In this document: positions 57,474-64,000 of the stretch, in pieces
Position numbering within the stretch: position 1 is the stretch's first letter
Layout of the letters: every line of letters begins with the position of its first letter
Assembly (NCBI GenBank): GCA_050258935.1
Contig: JBLMZS010000055.1
Location: 344 to 64,343, forward strand
Length of the DNA stretch: 64,000 nucleotides
Origin: Bacteroidota bacterium
Lineage (GTDB): Bacteria > Bacteroidota > Ignavibacteria > Ignavibacteriales > SURF-24
Direction: 5' to 3'
Position numbers and translations under genes: made by a program
Notes under the pieces: generated by a model
The model's database searches: none
What the model was told of the DNA's origin: nothing
What the model saw: the letters and a program-made list of their open reading frames with translations, nothing else

Positions 57474-57510
57474 CTCAGGTCAGATGTAAACACTGACCTG
57501 AGTTTTTTTT
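57474..57510. terminator. Bidirectional terminator between the OMP gene and the convergent MFS gene
   Basis: CTCAGGTCAG-atgtaaaca-CTGACCTGAG is followed by T8. Confidence 0.8.
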
Positions 57511-58744
57511 ATGCTTCGATATTCTGAATTTCTACTCCAGCCGGTGTTTTCCGGCCTGCTGCAAGTGACAGCAGAAATGCCAATGTGCCCGCACCGCAGA
57601 GTGACAGGATAAAAACCGTCCAGTTCTGACTATGCAGGATTACTCCCGTGGAAGTACCCATAATGCTTGAGCCTGCATAATAGAACAGCAGGTAGAGTGA
57701 AATGGTGACAGAACGTTCCTTTGGTGAATATTCTGCGACGATACGGCTTGCACTTGTGTGTGCACCGAAGAAACAGGCGGTAAACAATCCTAGTCCCGTT
57801 ATCAGCAAAACAAGATGCTGACTCAGCATCATCATCAGCCCTCCAACCAGGAAAACAACCATCCCCATCAGTATCTTATCTGCTCCGTACTTATCTGAGA
57901 GCATGCCCGCGGATATTGAACCTCCGCTGCCCGCGATATACATCAGATATAGAGACGCAAGTATTTCGTGAGGCAGAAAGAAGGGTGCTCCTTCCATATA
58001 AAATGCCAGATAATTATATATGCTGGTGAAGCTTCCCATAACCAATGCTGCCAGAAAATACATTGACATGAGCAGCGGGCTGTGCAGGTGTTTTCCCATG
58101 CCCGCAATTTTTCTGACTACATTTTCGCTGTGAGGTTTGAAATGGCGCGATGCGGGCATAGAGGAAATGAAGAGTATGCCGAATATCAGGCACACTGCTC
58201 CGATCATAGCTGCCGACCATCTCCAAGACAGCCAGCCGGTAATAAGTGTGGATATTATGCGGCCGCTCATTCCTCCTACCGCTGTCCCGGTAATATAAAG
58301 ACTAGTAGCTCTGCCCAGAACCGAAGTATGCACTTCTTCTGCAATATATGTCATTATTACCGAGGAGGTTCCGGAGAGCATAAAGCCCTTCAGTGTATTG
58401 ATAGCGATCAGCAGCGGGAAAAAAGAAATCAGCGATGAAAGCATCGTGAGAACTGAGGAAACAATTAGGGCTATACCGATGAGCTTTTTTCGTGAAATTC
58501 TGTCGGCCAGCAGTGCGCCGGTAAACAGTCCGGCGGCAAGACCGAGCGCAGGGAATGAAACCAGCAGGCTGCTTTCAGCAGGGTTGACCGAGAACTGTCT
58601 GCTCAGTGCGGGTAGAATCGGCTGAAATAAATAAAGCTGCATAAAACATGAGAGCCCGGAGAGAAAAGCACCACGCGCTATTTTTACATAATCCCGGCTG
58701 TCCTTTCTGACTCTCGTATCTGAACTATCTTCTGTCTGATCCAA
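57509..58744 (-). CDS. MFS transporter
   Basis: 411 aa with about 12 TM segments and an MFS loop motif GALLADRISRKK between TM2 and TM3. Confidence 0.8.
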   Translation of the reverse strand: MDQTEDSSDTRVRKDSRDYVKIARGAFLSGLSCFMQLYLFQPILPALSRQFSVNPAESSLLVSFPALGLAAGLFTGALLADRISRKKLIGIALIVSSVLTMLSSLISFFPLLIAINTLKGFMLSGTSSVIMTYIAEEVHTSVLGRATSLYITGTAVGGMSGRIISTLITGWLSWRWSAAMIGAVCLIFGILFISSMPASRHFKPHSENVVRKIAGMGKHLHSPLLMSMYFLAALVMGSFTSIYNYLAFYMEGAPFFLPHEILASLYLMYIAGSGGSISAGMLSDKYGADKILMGMVVFLVGGLMMMLSQHLVLLITGLGLFTACFFGAHTSASRIVAEYSPKERSVTISLYLLFYYAGSSIMGTSTGVILHSQNWTVFILSLCGAGTLAFLLSLAAGRKTPAGVEIQNIEA

Positions 58745-58865
58745 AACTAAACGAACCTTTCTTAAAACTTAAAAACAAAAAATTACACCGCAAAAATAAC
58801 GATTATCAGAGACAATTACTTCAAAAAAATGGGACAATTGTCAGCTGGCAACTATTCCGTTCGGG

Positions 58866-60275
58866 CTATTCCACTTCTATCCCGAGCTCGCGCGAGATCA
58901 GTGCAAATAAATCGCTCTCACTGATAAGCTTACTCTTAAGAAGCGCTTTGATGAATGGTATCTTATGCAACTCGGCATACTTTACTATTTCCAGTATGGT
59001 TTCGTATCCGTATTCTGTCAATAGCGACGCGCCAATAGCAGAAGACTCAATAAGATTTTTTTTGCACCTTTCCACATCAGCCTTTATTCCTGAAATACAC
59101 TTCTCGGCGAGCTGAGTACTGGCGGTTTTCAACTGGTCGATCGACTTCAGCAAAATATGTATAATGACCGGCAGGTAAGGGTTCAGTTCGAGATGTCCGG
59201 AAGAAGAAAGGTTCGAGATAGTTACATCATAACCCTTTATGAGCTCACCGATCTGTATTGCATATTCCAGTATTACAGGATTGACCTTACCAGGCATGAT
59301 CGATGATCCCGCCTGAACTGCCGGCAGTATTATCTCACTGATGCCCCCTTTGGGGCCGCTGGCAAGAAACCTCAGATCATTGCAGATCTTGATTATTGAT
59401 ACTGCTGCATTCTTTATCTGTCCGTGCAGGCCGGAGAACAGGTCCATATTCTGAGATGCATCTATGAGGTCATCGCACTTCCTTACTGGCAGTCCAGTAA
59501 TTTTGTGCAGTATATCTCCGACATTTTCAACGTATTCACGCACAGCCGTGATCGAATTTCCCACAGCGGTTCCGCCGAGATTGATCTGCAGCAGCTGACT
59601 CTCATACAACGACAATGCATCGATGCTTCTCTTTACTGCTCCTGCATAGGCTCCGAATTCCTGCCCGAGTGTAATAGGAACCGCGTCCTGATATTCGGTC
59701 CTGGCTAGTTTGAGTATCTGTATGAACTCGGCTTCCTTCTTTTTCAGTACCTGATGCAGCTGTGAAAGAGCATCTGTCAATCCTCTCAGAGCAAATATTG
59801 ACGCTATCTTCATGGCTGTTATATATGTATCACTTGTCGACTGGGACATGTTGACGTCATCATAGGGATGAACCGATTTATAGTCCCCCAGCGGTTTTTC
59901 AAGCATCTGAAGTGCCGTATTGGCAATAACCTCGTTCAGGTTCATGTTCAGTGATGTTCCTGCACCACCCTGATACGGGTCGACAATGATCTTTGAATAA
60001 ATCGATTCTGAAGTGCCTTTTATTGCGAGCTCTGTTTCCTTCAGGAGCAGATCGATTGCATCGTCAATTGCATCGAATTTTTCCTTGAACAGAAGACCGC
60101 ATTTGTAGTTCGTCTGCGCGGCGGCTTTTTTGACGACGAGATATGCCTTGATCAGGCAGGGATTGATCTTTTCTGTCCCGGGAGGAAAATTCCTGTGGCT
60201 TCTAAGCGCATTTATTCCATAGAGTGCTTCATCCTCAATTGATAATTTACCCAGTGAATCTTTTTCTGTTCTCAT
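58866..60275 (-). CDS. aspA: Aspartate ammonia-lyase (fumarase/aspartase class II family)
   Basis: 469 aa with the family signature GSSIMPGKVNPVILE. The N-terminus MRTEKDSLGKLSIEDEALYGINALRS and the VNPV context look more AspA-like than FumC-like. Subfamily assignment is tentative. Confidence 0.65.
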   Translation of the reverse strand: MRTEKDSLGKLSIEDEALYGINALRSHRNFPPGTEKINPCLIKAYLVVKKAAAQTNYKCGLLFKEKFDAIDDAIDLLLKETELAIKGTSESIYSKIIVDPYQGGAGTSLNMNLNEVIANTALQMLEKPLGDYKSVHPYDDVNMSQSTSDTYITAMKIASIFALRGLTDALSQLHQVLKKKEAEFIQILKLARTEYQDAVPITLGQEFGAYAGAVKRSIDALSLYESQLLQINLGGTAVGNSITAVREYVENVGDILHKITGLPVRKCDDLIDASQNMDLFSGLHGQIKNAAVSIIKICNDLRFLASGPKGGISEIILPAVQAGSSIMPGKVNPVILEYAIQIGELIKGYDVTISNLSSSGHLELNPYLPVIIHILLKSIDQLKTASTQLAEKCISGIKADVERCKKNLIESSAIGASLLTEYGYETILEIVKYAELHKIPFIKALLKSKLISESDLFALISRELGIEVE

Positions 60276-60493
60276 GTCCTTTCAGCTGCTTCTTTTGTTA
60301 AAATGAATGCAGACAATAATTTCTGCAGATAAGTATGAGTTAAAATCATCCGTAAAAATACAAAATAATATAAACTGCTGCGAGAAAAATGAAACTGGGG
60401 GGGATATTTTCTCTTTTTATTGCTTAACTAAACTTCAATTCGTATTTTTGAAAATCATTTAGATACTTGTATCAAAGTAAAAACGGAATATCA

Positions 60494-61897
60494 ATGTTAG
60501 TCTACAATACTCTTACCAGGAAAAAAGAAGAATTTATCCCGCTTGATCCGCCAAATGTTACAATGTATGTCTGCGGACCTACCGTCTACGATTTCTTTCA
60601 TATCGGCAACGCCCGTTCTTTTATAATGGCTGATATCATCAGGCGGTACCTGCTCTATAAGGGGTACAATGTAAAATTTGCTATGAACCTGACAGATGTG
60701 GACGACAAGATAATAAAGAAAGCCAATAAGGAAAATGTCCAGGCTAAGGATATCGCTGAGAAATTCAGTAATGCATTTTTCGAGGATACCGGAAAGCTGA
60801 AGATAAAGAGGGCGGAAATATACCCCAAGGCCACCGAGCACATGGATGAGATAATCGGAATTATCAGCACTCTCGTTAAGAAAAGGGTTGCATATAATGT
60901 TGACGGTAATGTGTTCTTTGATGTTTCCAAATTCCCGGGTTATGGAAAACTAAGCGGGAAGAAGATCGATGAACTTGAAGCCGGGGCAAGAATTGAAATC
61001 AATGCTCAAAAGAAAAACCCTCTCGATTTTGCCCTATGGAAGCGGGCCAAAGAAGGCGAGCCGTACTGGAAAAGTCCATGGGGCAACGGCCGTCCTGGCT
61101 GGCATATTGAGTGCTCTGCGATGAGCTGCAGACACCTCGGAGAGAGCATCGATATTCATGCCGGCGGCAGCGACCTGATATTTCCACACCATGAAAATGA
61201 AATAGCCCAGAGCGAAGCTGCCAGCGGCAAACAGTTTGTAAAGTACTGGCTGCACTTCGGATTCCTGAACATAGATAATGAAAAAATGTCCAAATCACTC
61301 GGCAATTTTTTCACTGCACGCGATATACTGCAGAAATATCCGGCTGAGACTATACGACTCTTTTTCAGTCAGACACACTATTCCGGTCCTCTGAATTTCA
61401 GCGAGGATCTGCTGATCTCAGCTCAGAAAGGACTCGAAAAAATTCAGAACCTGATGGACCGGGCTGAACAGGAAATCAAAAATAATACGGCCGGAATTAC
61501 TCCTGAGTTCAATATTGATGAGTACTATAAAAAATTCGAAACCGCCATGGATGATGATTTTAACAGTCCGCAGGCAGCAGCTGTAATTTTTGATTTCGTA
61601 CGTGATGTAAACCGTATCCTTGCCGCAGGCGATGACGTTGACGTTACCTTCTATTCATCGGTAAAAGAGTTCCTGCTGAAGACAGCAGAAAATGTGCTGG
61701 GAATTATCAGTTCTGACGAGAGCCAGTCCGGTTCTGCAAAGCTTGAAAATGATCTGATAGAACTGCTGATAAAGTTAAGACAGAATGCAAAGACAGCAAA
61801 GAACTACCAGCTTTCTGACGAAATCCGCGATGAACTGAAAAAACTAGGGGTTGTACTTCAGGATCTGAAAGACAAAACCACATATAAGAAGTCATAA
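60494..61897 (+). CDS. cysS: Cysteine--tRNA ligase
   Basis: HIGH motif (FHIGNARS), KMSKS motif (EKMSKSLGN) and WHIECSAM are present. I chose ATG 60494 over the TTG at 60467. Confidence 0.95.
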   Translation: MLVYNTLTRKKEEFIPLDPPNVTMYVCGPTVYDFFHIGNARSFIMADIIRRYLLYKGYNVKFAMNLTDVDDKIIKKANKENVQAKDIAEKFSNAFFEDTGKLKIKRAEIYPKATEHMDEIIGIISTLVKKRVAYNVDGNVFFDVSKFPGYGKLSGKKIDELEAGARIEINAQKKNPLDFALWKRAKEGEPYWKSPWGNGRPGWHIECSAMSCRHLGESIDIHAGGSDLIFPHHENEIAQSEAASGKQFVKYWLHFGFLNIDNEKMSKSLGNFFTARDILQKYPAETIRLFFSQTHYSGPLNFSEDLLISAQKGLEKIQNLMDRAEQEIKNNTAGITPEFNIDEYYKKFETAMDDDFNSPQAAAVIFDFVRDVNRILAAGDDVDVTFYSSVKEFLLKTAENVLGIISSDESQSGSAKLENDLIELLIKLRQNAKTAKNYQLSDEIRDELKKLGVVLQDLKDKTTYKKS

Positions 61898-61938
61898 AGA
61901 CGTTATATGCTGTCAGTTGAAAACACCGGATCATTAGT

Positions 61939-62331
61939 ATGACCCAGAGAGGCAAGTGGATGATCATATCGTCTGTCGTGATATTTATAGCGCTGCTTGC
62001 AGCATTCCTGATGCACTATCTATTCGGTATATATGAAGTTATATACGAAGTGGACCATAAGCAGCTGTTCGCCGATACCGAGTCGACAGCAGAGATAATC
62101 GTAGTGCCTCTGAATGCTCTCGGATTCAGGGCTCCTTTCAGGAAAGCTCCGGCTGATTTCCGGTTTATTGAGGGTGCCGGACTGGTTGATGTGGTCACAG
62201 AGGACAGGGAATTGGGGCTGCTTAGGCTGAGAGCAAAAAGCAGTACAGGGGTTGTAATAATAAAAGTAAAGGCAAAACACTCACTTTTGCCCAGTTTGAT
62301 AGAAATTAAAATTGTAACGAATTCGGCTTGA
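61939..62331 (+). CDS. Hypothetical membrane-anchored protein
   Basis: 130 aa with one N-terminal TM helix (WMIISSVVIFIALLAAFLM) and no recognisable motif. Confidence 0.4.
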   Translation: MTQRGKWMIISSVVIFIALLAAFLMHYLFGIYEVIYEVDHKQLFADTESTAEIIVVPLNALGFRAPFRKAPADFRFIEGAGLVDVVTEDRELGLLRLRAKSSTGVVIIKVKAKHSLLPSLIEIKIVTNSA

Positions 62332-62352
62332 TACTATTGTCAGGAGTATATT

Positions 62353-63144
62353 ATGAAAAAACTGAGCACACTGTTGTTTGCCATCCTGTTTCCGGTCGTT
62401 CTGTCTTTCCCTCAGGGAAGCGGCGGTTCTGCGGCCAGCGTTGAATGTGTTTCGCTGATAGATGTTCCTACGGCCGGTGTACTGAACCGCGGAAATGTTG
62501 GGCTGAATTTTTATTTTATGCCGATGGGTGTGCTGATTTCCAGAATTGAAGTCGGGGTGTTTGACAATTTCAGCTTCGGTATATCTTACGGTGCTTCAAA
62601 TTTTATCGGTGTCGGTTCTCCCGAATGGTATAAACTTCCGGGAGTGAACGTAAAATTCAGAATACTTGAAGAAACAGAAAGTGCTCCTTCAATAGCACTG
62701 GGATTTGATTCACAGGGCAAGGGCGAATATTTCACGAAACTGAACGACAAGGAAATCAACCGCTTCAAAATAAAATCTCCAGGATTTTATGCCGCATTTT
62801 CTAAAAACTACCAGTTCCTGGGCTATTTCAGCATGCACGGAGTGGTCAGCTATTCTCTGGAAAAAGATGACCGCGACCGTGATATGGATCTGATGGTAGG
62901 CGTAGAAAAAACACTGGGCGCTCACGTATCTCTTATTGCAGAATATGATTTTGCGATCAACGATAATACGGGCAATGCGCTGGGCGACGGGTCAGGATAC
63001 TTCAATGCCGGTATCAGATGGTCAGTCGGAGAAGGCCTTACAGTTGGATTTGACCTGCGCGACCTCCTGAACAATAAGAAAGTCAATGCCGGTGCGGCAG
63101 ACCGTGCCATACGCATCGACTTCGTCAAACCAATCTTCAAATAA
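62353..63144 (+). CDS. Hypothetical secreted / outer-membrane beta-rich protein
   Basis: 263 aa with a signal peptide, alternating-pattern strands and a C-terminal ...IDFVKPIFK. Confidence 0.4.
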   Translation: MKKLSTLLFAILFPVVLSFPQGSGGSAASVECVSLIDVPTAGVLNRGNVGLNFYFMPMGVLISRIEVGVFDNFSFGISYGASNFIGVGSPEWYKLPGVNVKFRILEETESAPSIALGFDSQGKGEYFTKLNDKEINRFKIKSPGFYAAFSKNYQFLGYFSMHGVVSYSLEKDDRDRDMDLMVGVEKTLGAHVSLIAEYDFAINDNTGNALGDGSGYFNAGIRWSVGEGLTVGFDLRDLLNNKKVNAGAADRAIRIDFVKPIFK

Positions 63145-63290
63145 TTCTGAATTATGTCCCTCCTTTGGCGGGATCGCTCCGGAGGCGGGAAATTTTGAAT
63201 TGAAGCTCAGTTCGGAATTCGGAATTTCAGATGCTTTCATTAAAAATTCTGAATTTCTAATTCAGAATTATTCGGAAGTGTTCAGTAATA
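63141..63290 (+). repeat. Composite intergenic repeat region (TTCTGAATT motifs, two GGCGGGA boxes, 11-bp hairpin)
   Basis: ATAATTCTGAATTAT (63141-63155) is identical to 53998-54012. GGCGGGA occurs at 63167-63173 and 63184-63190. Degenerate heptamers follow at 63191-63230. The hairpin is AATTCTGAATT-tct-AATTCAGAATT (63245-63269). Confidence 0.8.
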
Positions 63291-63421
63291 CCTACAAGTA
63301 TGTTCTGTTTTTAGTACAGATCCGAAGAAAATAATGCCTTTCGGGAACTATATTAGTGCCTTTTGAAAGGCACGTTTATTGTATATTATTTGCATATAAA
63401 GTTTAAAAAACCGAGGTGAAA

Positions 63422-64000
63422 ATGAAATCTGTAAAATATGCTTTGATCGTGGTTTCAGTGGCTGTTATGAGCCTGTTCAGCGGTTGTTATACACAGATTG
63501 CCACCCGGGATGACGGATACAGCGATGGCTACGAAAATTCCGACGGCTATTATGACAATGAGGGAAACTCTTCCTATGACAACAATGCTTATTCCGGTTC
63601 AGATACGACTCAGTATTCCGACGGTACAAGTATAACCAACAACTACTATTTCGGAGACGGTCCTTATCTGTCCAGGCGCCGCTTCTTTTCGGGATACTAC
63701 CCGGGAATAAGTGTTTCGGTTACATATGGTACATCGTATTATGATCCCTACTGGTATGGTTCCGGTTATTTCTATGACTGGTATTACTCGCCTTATTATT
63801 ACTGGCCGTCCAGCTATTTCTACTGGTACCCCGGTTATGCATGGGATTATTACGGCGGGTATCATCATCATCATTATGACTATGGTTATGATGACGGAGG
63901 AAAATACAAATACCGCCGCGGCAGCGACTTTACGCGTCTCAGGGATTTCGGCACCGGCAGGGGAACGACCGGCAGGCGTACTGCCGTTGCAGACGACAGA
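63422..64000 (+). CDS. Tyr/Trp/Gly-rich lipoprotein, partial (runs off window end)
   Basis: Absent from the ORF track because it has no stop in the window. SD GAGGTG lies upstream. It begins MKSVKYALIVVSVAVMSLFSGC (lipobox) and continues ...YYDPYWYGSGYFYDWYYSPYYYWPSSYFYWYPGYAWDYYGGYHHHHYDYGYDDGG... The frame stays open to position 64000. Confidence 0.6.
   Translation, partial: MKSVKYALIVVSVAVMSLFSGCYTQIATRDDGYSDGYENSDGYYDNEGNSSYDNNAYSGSDTTQYSDGTSITNNYYFGDGPYLSRRRFFSGYYPGISVSVTYGTSYYDPYWYGSGYFYDWYYSPYYYWPSSYFYWYPGYAWDYYGGYHHHHYDYGYDDGGKYKYRRGSDFTRLRDFGTGRGTTGRRTAVADDR

Noticed and set aside
60276-60493. A T-box leader upstream of cysS.
   Set aside because: No T-box consensus (AGAGA/GNUGGUA-type elements) or terminator/antiterminator pair is visible, and the region is simply AT-rich.

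Overview
This is a chromosomal, mostly housekeeping 64-kb segment of a Gram-negative bacterium. Two secreted proteins end in T9SS-type sorting domains (NYPNPFNPST...), so I infer an FCB-group organism (Ignavibacteria/Bacteroidota-like). I call about 50 CDS at high coding density on both strands. I recognised no rRNA, tRNA, CRISPR, transposase or integrase. In order the window holds: a partial histidine kinase and an NtrC-type sigma-54 activator, divergent from a HlyD/ABC/FtsX efflux operon that carries a sigma-54-type promoter; a large unknown protein with NMO-like motifs; eno and glnA; a minus-strand operon of IT-type transporter, hydantoinase-like ASKHA protein, short Rossmann-like protein and nanE; a POT transporter; corA; a deoxyhypusine-synthase homolog; a DUF3160/T9SS protein; a slightly GC-richer patch with an alpha-glucan phosphorylase broken by one in-frame TAG, two tiny genes and mgtA; an SDR epimerase; rplM-rpsI; rpsB-tsf-pyrH-frr; maeB; an LDT-like/lipoprotein/BamA-like trio; an RCC1-repeat T9SS protein; yicC-gmk-rpoZ-coaBC-udg-dnaB(intein)-DUF1460; nfo, anmK and sodB; two small OMPs; an MFS transporter; aspA; cysS; and three hypothetical envelope proteins. 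I see no obvious defence island or other clear-cut novel multi-gene system. The observations most worth follow-up are: (1) a 35-nt motif conserved with identical spacing about 100 nt upstream of two unrelated tiny genes, with a half-site also facing mgtA; (2) a dispersed intergenic repeat family with 7-nt periodicity built on TTCTGAA/TTCTGAATTCAGAA, sometimes fused to a GGCGGGA hairpin; (3) the nanE operon, which lacks every canonical sialic-acid partner and pairs a HyuA-like protein with no HyuB; (4) the single in-frame TAG in glgP; (5) a LAGLIDADG intein in the DnaB P-loop; (6) an L,D-transpeptidase-like protein whose catalytic His and Cys appear substituted. All calls come from reading the sequence and the ORF track by eye, with no searches run.
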